Of a stretch of DNA of 64,000 nt, positions 1-14,201 are shown piece after piece. The position numbers and the translations under genes are program-made. Source of the DNA: Haliotis rubra (taxonomy: Eukaryota); the NCBI RefSeq assembly GCF_003918875.1, contig NW_025767209.1, positions 186,001-250,000 on the forward strand, in the 5' to 3' direction. The notes under the pieces are model-generated. The model saw only the letters and a list, made by a program, of their open reading frames with translations, had not been told where the DNA came from and searched no databases. How positions within the stretch are numbered: the first letter of the stretch is position 1; the number at the start of each line of letters is the position of its first letter.

Positions 1-3000
1 TTCATCATAGGTGGGGACTGTGAGCTTCATGTAGGTGGGGACTGTGTGCTTCATGTAGGTGGGGACTGTGAGCTTCATGTAGGTGGGGACTGTGAGCTTC
101 ATGTAGGTGGGGACTGTGAGCTTCATGTAGGTGGGGACTGTGAGCTTCATGTAGGTGGGGACTGTGAGCTTCATGTAGGTGGGGACTGTGAGCTTCATGT
201 AGGTGGGGACTGTGAGCTTCATGTAGGTGGGGACTGTGAGCTTCATGTAGGTGGAGACTGTGAGAGCTTCATGTAGGTGGGGACTGTGAGCTTCATGTAG
301 GTGGAGACTGTGAGCTTCATGTAGGTGGGGACTGTGAGCTTCATGTAGGTGGAGACTGTGTGAGCTTCATGTAGGTGGGGACTGTGAGCTTCATGTAGGT
401 GGGGACTGTGAGCTTCATGTAGGGGATGGACTGTGAGCTTCATGTAGGTGGAGACTGTGAGCTTCATGTAGGTGGGAGACTGTGAGCTTCATGTGTAGGT
501 GGGGACTGTGAGCTTCATGTAGGTGGGGACTGTGAGCTTCATGTAGGTGGGGACTGTGAGCTTCATGTAGGTGGAGACTGTGAGCTTCATGTAGGTGGGG
601 ACTGTGAGCTTCATGTAGAGTGGGGACTGTGAGCTTCATGTAGGTGGGGACTGTGAGCTTCATGTAGGTGGGGACTGTGAGCTTCATGTAGGTGGGGACT
701 GTGAGCTTCATGTAGGTGGGGACTGTGAGCTTCATGTAGGACTGTGAGCTTCATGTGGAGTGGGGACTGTGAGCTTCATGTAGGTGGGGACTGTGAGCTT
801 CATGTAGGTGGGGACTGTGAGCTTCATGTGAGCTTCATGTGAGCTTCATGTAGGTGGGGACTGTGAGCTTCATGTAGGTGGGGACTGTGAGCTTCATGTA
901 GGTAGGTGGGGACTGTGTGAGCTTCATGTAGGTGGGGACTGTGAGCTTCATGTAGAGGTGGGGACTGTGAGCTTCATGTAGGTGGGGACTGTGAGCTTCA
1001 TGTAGGTGGGGACTGTGAGCTTCATGTAGGTGGGGACTGTGAGCTTCATGTAGGTGGGGACTGTGAGCTTCATGTAGGTGGGGACTGTGAGCTTCTGTGT
1101 GAGCTTCATGTAGGTGGGGACTGTGAGCTTCATGTAGGTGGGGACTGTGAGCTTCATGTAGGTGGAGACTGTGAGCTTCATGTAGGTGGGGACTGTGAGC
1201 TTCATGTAGGTGGGGACTGTGAGCTTCATGTAGGGTGTGGGACTGTGTGAGCTTCATGTAGGTGGGGACTGTGAGCTTCATGTAGGTGGGGACTGTGAGC
1301 TTCATGTAGGTGGGGACTGTGAGCTTCATGTAGGTGGGGACTGTGAGCTTCATGTAGGGTGGAGACTGTGAGCTTCATGTAGGTGGAGACTGAGCTGTGA
1401 ACTGTGAGCTTCATGTAGGTGGAGACTGTGAGCTTCATGTAGGTGGGGACTGTGAGCTTCATTCATGTGAGCTTCATGTAGGTGGGGACTGTGAGCTTCA
1501 TGTAGGTGGGAGACTGTGAGCTTCATGTAGGTGGGGACTGTGAGGTTCATGTAGGTGGGGACTGTGAGCTTCATGTAGGTGGGACTGTGAGCTTCATGTA
1601 GGTGGGGACTGTGAGCTTCATGTAGGTGGGGACTGTGAGCTTCATGTAGGTGGGGACTGTGAGCTTCATGTAGGTGGGGACTGTGAGCTTCATGTGGAGG
1701 TGGAGACTGTGAGCTTCATGTAGGTGGGGACTGTGAGCTTCATGTATGGGTGGAGACTGTGAGCTTCATGTAGGTGGGGACTGTGAGCTTCATGTGTAGG
1801 TGGAGACTGTGAGCTTCATGTAGGTGGGGACTGTGAGCTTCATGTAGGTGGAGACTGTGAGCTTCATGTGGGGTGGGGACTGTGAGCTTCATGTAGGTGG
1901 AGACTGTGAGCTTCATGTAGGTGGAGACTGTGAGCTTCATGTAGATGTAGGGACTGTGAGCTTCACTAGGTGGGGACTGTGAGCTTCATGTAGGTGGGGA
2001 CTGTGAGCTTCATGTAGGTGGGGACTGTGAGCTTCATGTGTGGGGAGCTTCATGTAGGATGGAGACTGTGAGCTTCATGTAGGTGGAGACTGTGAGCTTC
2101 ATGTAGGTGGGGACTGTGAGCTTCATGTAGGTGGGACTGTGAGAGCTTCATGTAGGTGGGAACTTGAGCTTCATGTAGGTGGGGACTGTGAGCTTCATGT
2201 AGGTGGAGACTGTGAGAGCTTCATGTAGGTGGGGACTGTGAGCTTCATGTGTAGTGGGGACTGTGAGCTTCATGTAGGTGGGGACTGTGAGCTTCATGTA
2301 GGAGGTGGGGACTGTGAGCTTCATGTAGGTGGGGACTGTGAGCTTCATGTAGGTGGGGACTGTGAGCTTCATGTAGGTGGGGACTGTGAGCTTCATGTAG
2401 GTGAGGAGCTTCATCATAGGAGAGTGGGAGACTGAGCTTCATGTAGGTGGGGACTGTGAGCTTCATGTAGGTGGGGACTGTGACTGTGAGCTTCATGTAG
2501 GTGGGGACTGTGAGCTTCATGTAGGTGGGGACTGTGAGCTTCATGTAGGTGGGGACTGTGAGCTTCATGTAGGTGGGACTGTGAGCTTCATGTAGGTGGG
2601 GACTGTGAGCTTCATGTAGGTGGGAGACTGTGAGCTTCATGTAGGTGGGGACTGTGAGCTTCATGTAGGTGGGACTGTGAGAGCTTCATGTAGATGGAGA
2701 CTGTGAGAGCTTCATGTAGGTGGGGACTGTGAGCTTCATGTAGGTGGGGACTGTGAGCTTCATGTAGGTGGGGACTGTGAGCTTCATGTAGGTGGGGACT
2801 GTGAGAGCTTCATGTAGGTATGGACTGTGAGCTTCATGTAGGTGGGGACTGTGAGCTTCATGTAGGTGGGGACTGTGAGCTTCATGTAGAGGTGGAGACT
2901 GTGAGCTTCATGTAGGTAGGTGGGGACTGTGAGCTTCATGTAGGTGGAGACTGTGAGCTTCATGTAGGTGGGAGACTGTGAGCTTCATGTAGGTGGGGAC

Positions 3001-6000
3001 TGTGAGCTTCATGTAGGTGTGGAGACTGTGAGCTTCATGTATGTAGGTGGGGACTGTGAGCTTCATGTAGGTGGGGACTGTGAGCTTCATGTAGGTGGTG
3101 GAGACTGTGAGCTTCATGTAGGTGGGGACTGTGAGCTTCATGTAGGTGGAGACTGTGAGCTTCATGTAGGTGGGGACTGTGAGCTTCATGTAGGTGGAGA
3201 CTGTGAGCTTCATGTAGGTGGGACTGTGAGCTTCATGTAGGTGGAGACTGTGAGCTTCATGTAGGTATGGACTGTGAGCTTCATGTAGGTGGAGACTGTG
3301 AGCTTCATGTAGGTGGAGACTGTGTGATTCATGTAGATGTGGACTGTGAGCTTCATGTAGGTCGGGACTGTGAGCTTCATGTTGGTGGGGACAGTGAGCT
3401 TCATGTTGGTGGGGACAGTGAGCTTCATGTAGGTGGGAACAGTGAGCTTCATGTAGGTGGAGACTGTGAGCTTCATGTACGTGGGGACTGTGAGCTTCAT
3501 GTAGGTGGGGACTGTGAGCTTCATGTAGGTGGAGACTGTGAGCTTCATGTAGGTGGAGACTGTGAGCTTCATGTAGGTGGGGACTGTGAGCTTCATGTAG
3601 GTGGGGACTGTGAGCTTCATGTAGGTGGGGACTGTGAGCTTCATGTAGGTGGGGACTGTGAGCTTCATGTAGGTGGGGACTGTGAGCTTCATGTAGGTGG
3701 GGACTGTGAGCTTCATGTAGGTGGGGACTGTGAGCTTCATGTAGGTGGTGGGGCTTCATGTGTGAGCTTCATGTAGGTGGGGACTGTGAGCTTCATGTAG
3801 GTGGGGACTGTGAGCTTCATGTAGGTGGGGACTGTGAGCTTCATGTAGGTGGGAGACTGTGAGCTTCATGTAGGTGGGGACTGTGAGCTTCATGTAGGTG
3901 GGGACTGTGAGCTTCATGTAGGTCGGGACTGTGAGCTTCATGTAGGTGGGGACTGTGAGCTTCATGTATGTGGAGACTGTGAGCTTCATGTAGGTGGGGA
4001 CTGTGAGCTTCATGTAGATGGAGACTGTGAGCTTAATGTAGGTGGGGACTGTGTGATTCATGTAGGTGGGGACTGTGAGCTTCATGTAGGTGGAGACTGT
4101 GAGCTTCATGTAGGTGGGGACTGTGAGCTTCATGTAGGTGGGGACTGTGAGCTTCATGTAGGTGGAGACTGTGAGCTTCATGTAGGTGGGGACTGTGAGA
4201 GCTTCATGTAGGTGGAGACTGTGAGCTTCATGTAGATGGGACTGTGAGCTTCATGTAGGTGGAGACTGTGAGCTTCATGTAGGTGGGGACTGTGAGCTTC
4301 ATGTAGGTGGAGACTGTGAGCTTCATGTAGGTGGGACTGTGAGCTTCATGTAGGTGGAGACTGTGAGCTTCATGTAGGTGGAGACTGTGTGATTCATGTA
4401 GATGTGGACTGTGAGCTTCATGTAGGTCGGGACTGTGAGCTTCATGTAGGTGGGGACTGTGAGCTTCATGTAGGTGGGGACAGTGAGCTTCATGTAGGTG
4501 GGGACAGTGAGCTTCATGTAGGTGGAGACTGTGAGCTTCATGTAGGTGGGGACTGTGAGCTTCATGTAGGTGTGGACTGTGAACTTCATGTAGGTGGGGA
4601 CTGTGAGCTTCATGTAGATGGAGACTGTGAGCTTCATGTAGGTGGGGACTGTGAGCTTCATGTAGGTGGGGACTGTGAGCTTCATGTAGGTGGGGACTGT
4701 GAGCTTCATGTAGGTGGGGACTGTGAGCTTCATGTAGGTGGGGACTGTGAGCTTCATGTGTGAGCTTCATGTAGGGGAGACTGTGAGCTTCATGTAGGTG
4801 GGGACTGTGAGCTTCATGTAGGTGGGGACTGTGAGCTTCATGTAGGTGGAGACTGTGAGCTTCATGTAGGTGGGGACTGTGAGCTTCATGTAGGTGTGAG
4901 ACTGTGAGAACTTCATGTAGGTGGGGACTGTGAGCTTCATGTAGGTGGGGACTGTGAGCTTCATGTAGGTGGGGACTTCATGTGAGCTTCATGTAGGTCA
5001 TGTAGACTGTGAGCTTCATGTAGGTGGAGACTGTGAGCTTCATGTAGGTGGGGACTGTGTGAGCTTCATGTAGATGTGGAGACTGTGAGCTTCATGTAGG
5101 TGGGGACTGTGAGCTTCATGTAGGTGGAGACTGTGAGCTTCATGTAGGTGGAGACTGTGTGAGCTTCATGTAGGTGGGACTGTGAGCTTCATGTAGGTGG
5201 GGACTGTGAGCTTCATGTAGGTGGGGACTGTGAGCTTCATGTAGGTGGGGACTGTGAGCTTCATGTAGATGTGACTGTGACTTCATGTAGAGCTTCATGT
5301 AGGTGGGGACTGTGAGCTTCATGTAGATGGAGACTGTGAGCTTCATGTAGGTGGGGACTGTGAGCTTCATGTAGGTGGGGACTGTGAGCTTCATGTAGAT
5401 GGAGATTGTGAGCTTCATGTAGGTGGGGACTGTGTGAGCTTCATGTAGGTGGGGACTGTGAGCTTCATGTAGGTGGAGACTGTGAGCTTCATGTAGATGG
5501 AGACTGTGAGCTTCATGTAGGTGGAGACTGTGAGCTTCATGTAGGTGGGGACTGTGAGCTTCATGTAGGTGGAGACTGTGAGGCTTCATGTAGGTGGAGA
5601 CTGTGAGCTTCATGTAGGTGGGGACTGTGAGCTTCATGTAGGTGGAGACTGTGAGCTTCATGTAGATGGAGACTGTGAGCTTCATGTAGGTGGGGACTGT
5701 GAGCTTCATGTAGGTGGGGACTGTGAGCTTCATGTAGGTGGGGACTGTGAGCTTCATGTAGGTGGGGACTGTGAGCTTCATGTAGGTGGGGACTGTGAGC
5801 TTCATGAGCTTCATGTTCAGGTGGGGACTGTGAGCTTCATGTAGGTGGGGACTGTGAGCTTCATGTAGGTGGGGACTGTGAGCTTCATGTAGGTGGGGAC
5901 TGGGGACATGTAGGTGTGAGCTTCATGTAGGTTGGGACTGTGAGCTTCATGTAAGGTGGAGACTGTGAGCTTCATGTAGGTGGGGACTGTGAGCTTCATG

Positions 6001-8370
6001 TAGGTGGGGACTGTGAGCTTCATGTAGGTGGGGACTGTGAGTTTCATGTAGGTGGGGACTGTGAGCTTCATGTAGGTGGGGACTGTGAGCTTCATGTAGG
6101 TGGGGACTGTGAGCTTCATGTAGGTGGGGACTGTGAGCTTCATGTAGGTGGGGACTGTGAGCTTCATGTAGGTGGGGACTGTGAGCTTCATGTAGGTGGA
6201 GACTGTGAGCTTCATGTAGGTGGGGACTGTGAGCTTCATGTAGGTGGGGACTGTGAGCTTCATGTAGGTGGAGACTGTGAGCTTCATGTAGGTGGGGACT
6301 GTGAGCTTCATGTATGTGGAGACTGTGAGCTTCATGTAGGTATGGACTGTGAGCTTCATGTAGGTGGAGACTGTGAGCTTCATGTAGGTGGGAGACTGTG
6401 ACTGTGAGCTTCATGTAGGTGGAGACTGTGAGCTTCATGTAGGTGGGGACTGTGAGCTTCATGTAGGTGGAGACTGTGAGCTTCATGTAGGTGGGGACTG
6501 TGTGAGCTTCATGTAGGGTGTGGACTGTGAGCTTCATGTAGGTGGGGACTGTGAGCTTCATGTAGGTGGGGACTGTGAGCTTCATGTAGGTGGGGACTGT
6601 GAGCTTCATGTAGGTGGGGACTGTGAGCTTCATGTAGGTGGGGACTGTGAGCTTCATGTAGGTGGGGACTGTGAGCTTCATGTAGGTGTGGACTGTGAGC
6701 TTCATGTAGGTGGGGACTGTGAGCTTCATGTAGGTGGGGACTGTGAGCTTCATGTAGGTGGGGACTGTGAGCTTCATGTAGGTGGGGACTGTGAGCTTCA
6801 TGTAGGTGGGGACTGTGAGCTTCATGTAGGTGGGGACTGTGAGCTTCATGTAAGCGGAGACTGTGATTCGTGTAGGTGGGGACTGTGAGCTTCATGTAGG
6901 TGGGGACTGTGAGCTTGATGTAGGTGGAGACTGTGAGCTTCATGCAGGTTGGGGCTATGAACTTCATGTAGGTGTGAACTGTGAACTTAATGTAGGTGGG
7001 GACTGTGAACTTCAAGTAGGTTGACACTGTGAGCTTCATGTAGGTGGGGACTGTGAGCTTGATGTAGGTATGGGGCCAGTGAGGTGGAGACTATGACCTT
7101 CATGTAGGTGGGGACATTGAGCTTCATGTAGATGGAAACTGTGATATTCATGCAGGTGGGGACTGTGAACTTCATGTAGGAGGAGACTGTGAGCTTAATG
7201 TAGGTGGAGACTGTGAGCTTCATGCAGGTATGGACTATGAAATTCATGTACGTGTGGACTGTGAACTTCATGTCGGTGGGGACTGTGAGCTTCATGCAGG
7301 TGGGGACTGTGAGCTTCATGTAGATGGCGACTGTGAGCTTCATGTAGGTGGGGACAGTGAGCTTCATGTAGATGGAGATTGTGAGCTTCATGTAGGTGGG
7401 GACTGTGAGCTTCATGTAGGTTGGGACTGTGAGCTTCATGTAGATGGAGATTGTGAGCTTCATGTAGGTGGGGACTGTGAGCTGCATGTAGGTTGGGACT
7501 GTGAACTTCATGTTGGTGAAGACTATGAGCTTCATGTAGATGGAGACTGTGTTATTCATATAGGTGGAGACTATGACCTTCATGTAGGTGGGGACAGTGA
7601 GCCTCATCTAAGTGGAGACTGTGAGGTTCATGTAGGTGGAGACTGTCAGCTTCATGAAGGTGGAGACTGTGAGCTTCATGTAGGTGGAGACTGACCTTCA
7701 TGTAGATGGAGACTGTGTGATTCATGTAGGTGGGTACACTGAGCTTCATGTAGGTGGGGACACTGAGCTTCATGTAGGTGGGGACTGTGAACTTCATGTT
7801 GATGGAGGCTGTGTGATTCATGTAGGTGGGGACTGTGAGCTTCATGTAGATGGAGACTGTGAGGTTCATGTAGGTGGAGACTGTGAGCTTCATGAAAGTG
7901 GAGACTGTGAGCTTCATGTAGGTGGAGACTGACCTTCATGTAGATGGAGACTGTGTGATTCATGTAGGTGGGTACACTGAGCTTCATGTAGGTGGGGACT
8001 GTGAACTTCATGTTGATGGAGGCTGTGTGATTCATGTAGGTGGGGACTGTGAGCTTCATGTAGATGGAGACTGTGTGATTCATGTAGGAGGACACTGAGA
8101 GCTTCATGTAGATGGAGACTGTGTGATTCATGTAGATGTGGACTGTGAGCTTCATGTAATTTGGGACTGTGATCTTCATGTAGGTGGGGACAATGAGTTT
8201 CATGTATGTGGAGACTGTCAGCTTCATGTAGGTGGGGACTTTGAGCTTCATGTAGGTGGGGACTGTGAGCTTCATGTAGGTGGGGACTGTGAGCTTCATG
8301 TAGGTGGTGAATGTGTGCTTCACGTAGAAGGGGACTGTGAATTGTTATGTGGATGGGGACTGTGTGCTTT
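1..8370. repeat. 24-bp tandem satellite (GTGAGCTTCATGTAGGTGGGGACT)n, continuing off the 5' edge of the window
   Basis: The unit is directly visible, with several hundred copies. The 8-aa periodic ORFs (CELHVGGD / MKLTVPTY / HEAHSPHL) are translations of the unit. Copies degenerate beyond ~6850. Confidence 0.98.
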
Positions 8371-10944
8371 CAACCATAAATATATTTCTAAACATACTTC
8401 CTAAACTTTTGTAAATACAAACACCATGAGCATCACTACCAGAGTACCCACGTTCGCTTTGAACAGGACTATCCGTCTCCACCTTAGATAATGGGAAATG
8501 TCGCTACCATATATGTTTCATACCGTCAGCACAACTGTAAAGTGATACCGGAAAGCAACTTACACATAGATCCTTCTGCCCATGACAATGAAGTTCATTT
8601 CTTAACCAAAGTGTATGCTATTGTTTTAAGTGTTTATTTAGTGTTTTCTGTTCTCAGCTTTGGCATAACGTATATGCCCTTAGTGGCCACAGTGATGGCA
8701 TAACTAATGTTGTGGATTAATGCAGTGTAGTTTCTGAAAGTCCCCACTGTTCCAATTAGGGTGGTCCAGCTTTAGCTATAGGTTGTCTATACTCTTGTTT
8801 CACTTCATGAGACTTAGCCCATTGAGTATGTTATGAATACACTCAATCAACCTTGAAACCTGTTTAACTATAGCTCACAAAGCAAACAGTGCTATTGTAC
8901 AAACGGTGTGCGTCATAATAATATCATTTGGGTAAGGGTACAAACGATGAAAAATGAATTCGGCATCGTTGTTGAAAAGAAAGACCCCTCAACAAGAACG
9001 CCATACTGATGAAACTGTTGCAAACCATGAACCGATCAACAACCCAAAATACAAATGTAAATATATAGTCAACAGATATGAACCGACTTACCGCTGAGCA
9101 GAGAAACATATATACCCCTGTGCATTAATTAAGCATCACCCTATTTTGAAAATACGATGTGATGCGACCGAAAACTTGGGGTATAGCCATCAATCTAATC
9201 AACCTGTAGTTAAAGAAGCTTTATCCACTGACAGTTTTACAAATATCATAACCATTTCTATTCCTTATGAAAGAATATGTTGATGAAAATGTGATGGGAC
9301 AGAATTTTTACCCGAAATAACTATTCCTCTCCTGCTCAAACTACACAATTAAATTATTAAATTAAGGTTTGACAAAAAATAACAATTTTGTTATTTACCA
9401 AGATGACATTTACACATCATGTAAGCCATAATTATGCATTAGCAGGAAGAACCAGAATTTGAAAGATTCAGATCTTTTTTCCAACAATTCAGATTGCTAA
9501 TTGACCAAAACTGAAAAAGGCCACATGAATAAGATTTTGGAATATTTTTTTTTAGGATTTTGAGTTTATTGTAATGAATAAACACTTCTCCTTGCCGGAT
9601 ACTGATAATTACAGCTAACATATGTTTGTTTTGTTTTTAACTTTTACTGCATTTTAAAATTTTCCTTTTTCCAAATCTTAGTTTACAAACTTCCATCCAT
9701 TCACAATAAATAACGAATTTATAGGCCACAGAACAATCAATTATTACTTTCATTTGTCTAGATAAGGTAGCTTGTTTTAGGACGGAAAATATAAGCAATT
9801 ATCCTAATTTAAATAAACATGGTAATTTCAATGATTTTTCGTTTTTGAAATGATATAGGCTTGCTCTATCAAATTATAAAGGTTATATTTTGGAAAGAAT
9901 TTCATTTCAGACAAAATTAAGTGGTAAAAATAGAGGGTGGTGCTTATGTTATGCACAGATGTATATATGAACCTAATATAGGGTTCTGGATCCGAATACA
10001 TTAGTTTGATATATATCGCTCCGTCTCTCTGCTCAACGATCACGTCATGTCTGTTGTGTGTTGAGACAAAAGTACAGTTCTGCACATGCTGTGTTTTGGG
10101 GAAAATCATCATGATAATTCCTGTTGAAACTGTTCTGGCAGAGGAATGGTAGTTCGACAGATCGCAAAATCAACCATAGTAAAGTTGGAAAATAATATTT
10201 AAAATTTAAACATGGTTGATAATATTAACATCAAAGCAGTTCTGGTAAACTTTATTTAGAATACACACACAATCTCAAGCAACACAGGAGTTTAATCAGT
10301 TATGTAGAGCATACAGTTCTCCTTCTCCTGGATCTATTTTACAGATACATCCAAGGGTGACGACGTCAACTGAAGGGGCTAAATACTGCTACTGTTCCCC
10401 TTGAAAAGGCAACGATAAGTCCTCCTCATTCAAAGGAGAATGTATCTACAAACGTTTCTAACGTAGAATATTTATGATTCTATTTTGAACCGAAATGAAA
10501 GTCCTAGCAATTGTCACTGACTTGAAAGAAGGTGTAAATCCTGCTGGTGTGTTATGTACCTGGTCCCTGACAAGGTGGCCAACATTTACTGATAGTACAT
10601 TATAGCCTGTTGTTATCATGCATTATCCTGTAATGTCGTTTTAATGGTTATATACTTACTTTATAAACAAATTTGTGATATTACTGTATTACATTTAAGC
10701 ATGTGTCATGTGTATTCTCATATAGTCACGTTATGGCTGAAATAGTGTCGATGTGTCATTTACTTTATCTCACTGAGACAGAGCTCTTTTTCAAATGTCA
10801 CAATTGTTTTTATTTTCCCATCCTTCATACGTTACATATATTTTTTCGAATGCAAACTATAGAATGATATTTATTAATTTCTAAAGTTACGAATACGTGT
10901 ACATATTTAAGAAATACAGTTCGCTCTACCACCATGTATAGTGT

Positions 10945-11706
10945 AATAATGCACACTTTCGCCCTGAACTATTACAACGTTAAAGCGTGCTCGGAATTTG
11001 GGATTTAACGTTGTAATAGTTCAGGGCGAAACTGTAAGATGCCAAATGTAATACTTTCTAAGGATAATGACGATTAATCTAAGGCAGAAAACAAACGACG
11101 TGTCGGTGGCCTAAATTACGAATCGTTGCACTGGGCTTACTGACGTGCTGTTCTATTGACGTGTCTGCCCCCCTACGTTAAGACGAACGTTACCAGAAAA
11201 GCAACTGATAAACAGTTTGATGACGGTTTACGGACGGGTTAAATATCTTCTCTAAATTATGTTAATTACATCTGTGATTAACGTAAACCATATGGGGCAA
11301 TATGAACGTCGCATTTCAACAACCAACGTAAGTTTACATCAGTACATCCAGATGAAGGTGACTAGTCAATCGACATTCCACGATTGCATTGTGGGAATGT
11401 AAACATTGCGAACGTCACCGTGTCGTTGTAAAATTGTCAGTCGAACTGAGACATTATATCCGTTGGAAAAAATAAACGTAATGTTTCCACCAGTGATGTT
11501 AGCTGAGTGAAGCAACTGCAAACCAAGAAACCGATTGCAACGGAGTACTTTACTGTAGGAGACTGTACGAGGCGATGACAACTGGCATACATCGTGACGT
11601 CGGTTACATTGTGACGTAATGCAAAAGTATTCGATTACGAGGGCGCAGACTAGAATGGTGCAGTGACGCCAATGCATTCTGACGTAATGCAAAAAGTGCA
11701 CATTAT
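10945..11706. mobile_element. MITE-like element with an internal 28-bp perfect inverted repeat
   Basis: Imperfect terminal IRs ATAATGCACACTTT (~10946) / AAAGTGCACATTAT (~11693). Perfect palindrome arms at 10957-10984 and 11004-11031. Confidence 0.45.
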
Positions 11707-11928
11707 CGTCTGATAAAGTACTGTCGGCGCCTTCTATCTTTCACCGAAGCATCTTAGAAACTCCCATACAAAAGTTTTTGTGAGAAATTGAGATAACACT
11801 TGTGTTGCAAAGTGACATTGCCATAACCTAAAAACCTGACTGTATCATACTTGAATCTGTTTGCCATGAAAGTGTGTAACAAAGTGAATTTAACACGGAA
11901 ATGTTCATTAAAATGGTGAATGTATCTA

Positions 11929-12894
11929 TCACGTAAGTCTCTGAATCAAGAACAATGTCTGTACAAATTGGAAAAAAACACAATATTTAAGAAGGTCAAG
12001 AATATGTAATAGTCCATGGGACTTTGCAGTATCTGCTGCTGTTTTTCCTTTCTTGTTCCTGGCGTTAATGTCAACTGAGTCCTGTGCTAGGACATACTTC
12101 ACCACCTCTATATTACCTCCCTCACAGGCAGTGTGAAGGAGGTGGTTGCCACTGACATCGACCAGTGACACGTCAGCTCCTTCACTCAGGAGGAAGACTA
12201 CCACTTCCTTATGTCCATTTTTTGCCGCTTCCATCACAGGAGTCCTACCCCGGAAGTCTCTACTATTGATGCCCACATTGTCCTGTGCAAGGACATACGT
12301 CACCGTCTCTACATCTACCCCCTGACAGGCAAAGTGAAGGATGTTCCTACCTTTTTCATTGACCAGTGACACATTAGCCCCTTTTCTCACGAGGAGCTCT
12401 ACCACGTCCTTATGTCCAGTTTCTGATGCAACCATCAGCGGTGTTCTCATCATCCTGTCTCCTCTGTTAATGTCCAATATATTTTGCGAGAGGACATACT
12501 TCACTATTTCCACATATCCTCCCCGACAAGCAGCGTGGAGGACATTATCACCTCTTTGATCGACCAGTGACATATCAGCTCCTTCACTCACGAGGAAGTC
12601 TACAACTCCCCTACGCCCGTTCTTTGCTGCTAACATCATAGGAGTCATACTCCTAAAACCTCTACTATTGATGTCCACATTGTCCTGTTCGAGGACCTGC
12701 TTCACCGCCTCCACATCTCCTCTCCGACAGGCAACGAGAAGTTTTTTGTTACGTCTTTTGTTGCCTTTTTTATTGATCAGTGACATATCAGCTCCTTTAC
12801 TCGGGAGCTCTACTACTCCCTTATATTCCCTTGCTGATGCAACCGTCTCCAGTGTCTTCCTTGACAAGTCTGGACTGTTGATGTCGATTATGTT
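11929..12894 (-). CDS. Ankyrin-repeat protein, large terminal coding exon (about 8-9 ANK repeats)
   Basis: Repeated TPLMxAAxxGHxxVVxLLxxxGAD and NxLHxACxGGxxExVxYVL motifs. Acceptor ...cttttgatttcag| lies at 12895 with an in-frame TGA just upstream, so this is a phase-0 exon. Confidence 0.9.
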   Translation of the reverse strand, partial: NIIDINSPDLSRKTLETVASAREYKGVVELPSKGADMSLINKKGNKRRNKKLLVACRRGDVEAVKQVLEQDNVDINSRGFRSMTPMMLAAKNGRRGVVDFLVSEGADMSLVDQRGDNVLHAACRGGYVEIVKYVLSQNILDINRGDRMMRTPLMVASETGHKDVVELLVRKGANVSLVNEKGRNILHFACQGVDVETVTYVLAQDNVGINSRDFRGRTPVMEAAKNGHKEVVVFLLSEGADVSLVDVSGNHLLHTACEGGNIEVVKYVLAQDSVDINARNKKGKTAADTAKSHGLLHILDLLKYCVFFQFVQTLFLIQRLT

Positions 12895-13517
12895 CTGAAA
12901 TCAAAAGTGCAATATTTTGTACTTGGGTTTACTTCCCAAGAAACGAAGCAGCCGGGATACCGAACCCAGTCAGAGCAGGTGGGTGTGCACTCAAGTGTAA
13001 CGGCTGGTTCATTTGCCGATGCCCCCACGGCTCATTGTGTGTGTATATATAGAGATGTTGGATTTTGTAAATACATGCTCAATTTTTGTGCATAACAATT
13101 TACAATCAACAGACATCATAACATGTCATGTGTACAAGTATGACTCCTGCCTGTCTGTGTAATTACATAATGTGACAGAGACCGAACTCGGGCCATAAAT
13201 CAATGCGTATTGTATATGGTGTTAAGTTCAAATTGCATGTGGTCAGTGATCGCAGTTGTGTCAATGAAACAGACATTGAGTTTTGTCTGTGACAAAGACA
13301 TATCTATATCAAAGTTAGAAATTCTGTCAACGCTAAATAATGACATTGCTTTTAAGTATCGAACTGAGAAAGTAATTCGGTGAAAAGAACGTAGGTTGAA
13401 ATAGACAACTGAAATTATATAAACAGTTAAATCGGTAATCTACTGTCATAACATATTAAAAGCTCGCGCCTGTGAAATATCAACAAAACATTAGAAAAAT
13501 AGCTCACACCAAAGCCT

Positions 13518-13600
13518 TAATAATAATAATAATAATACAGTAGATTTTTTATGCGCCAAAACTCCAGGCACTTGGTGTCTGCTCATGGCGCTACACAAAA
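13518..13600 (-). mobile_element. L2-type LINE 3' terminal fragment with (ATT)n tail
   Basis: An (AAT)n run is followed by a sequence resembling the 3' end of the L2 element at 43862-43930 (gcgcc...tgctca.ggcgctaca). Confidence 0.5.
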
Positions 13601-14201
13601 TTAATAAACACTGCAGTAGAGGTGAATACTCAGTAAAGCCTTCACTGAGTATTCCTAGCTGCGCGAACCTATTTCATTGCGCATGTGCTATGAGTGAAGC
13701 CCAGCCCAGCTGTTGAAACAACATTTCCCCCAAGTGCTGGGGGAAAATGAGTGAATCGTTTGAACTCCGATTTCGCGCAGGTTTTTCATCGCGTTATTTG
13801 CCAACTTTATAAGCTGAATTTGCATTTTTGATGATTTGTTTCGGTAAGTCCATACCGAAAGGTATCAGAATCTACCAAGTTGTGTTTTACGCTGCATGTG
13901 ACCTTTAAGAAGTAGGTTTGATTCAAACTTTAGGTAACTTTTGTCAAATTACTATGAATGAAACAAAGACAAATATTGTTTCAGTATATATGTTCTGCAA
14001 GTGAATATATGTATATGTCTTTGGGACCATTTCAACAGTTTGACACACAATTACTAACATCCATTAAACACAAAATGAAGGCAAGTCTCATAACGAATAC
14101 ACTTGCCGCTTCTCTTCTTGTTGTATCGTTCATATAACTACACATATCTAGACACACATACACACTTTGTAACACCTCCATTTTACTTAGACATAACTTA
14201 C

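Noticed and set aside
46-8404. His-rich (HEAHSPHL)n, (CELHVGGD)n and (MKLTVPTY)n ORFs as repetitive proteins
   Set aside because: They are translations of a 24-bp satellite with frequent frame-breaking indels, no unique N- or C-terminal coding sequence and no splice context.
8900-10120. AT-rich short ORFs (9439-9621, 9828-10112) as an endogenous viral or host gene
   Set aside because: There are no recognisable motifs or consistent splice structure, so I cannot support a call without a database search.
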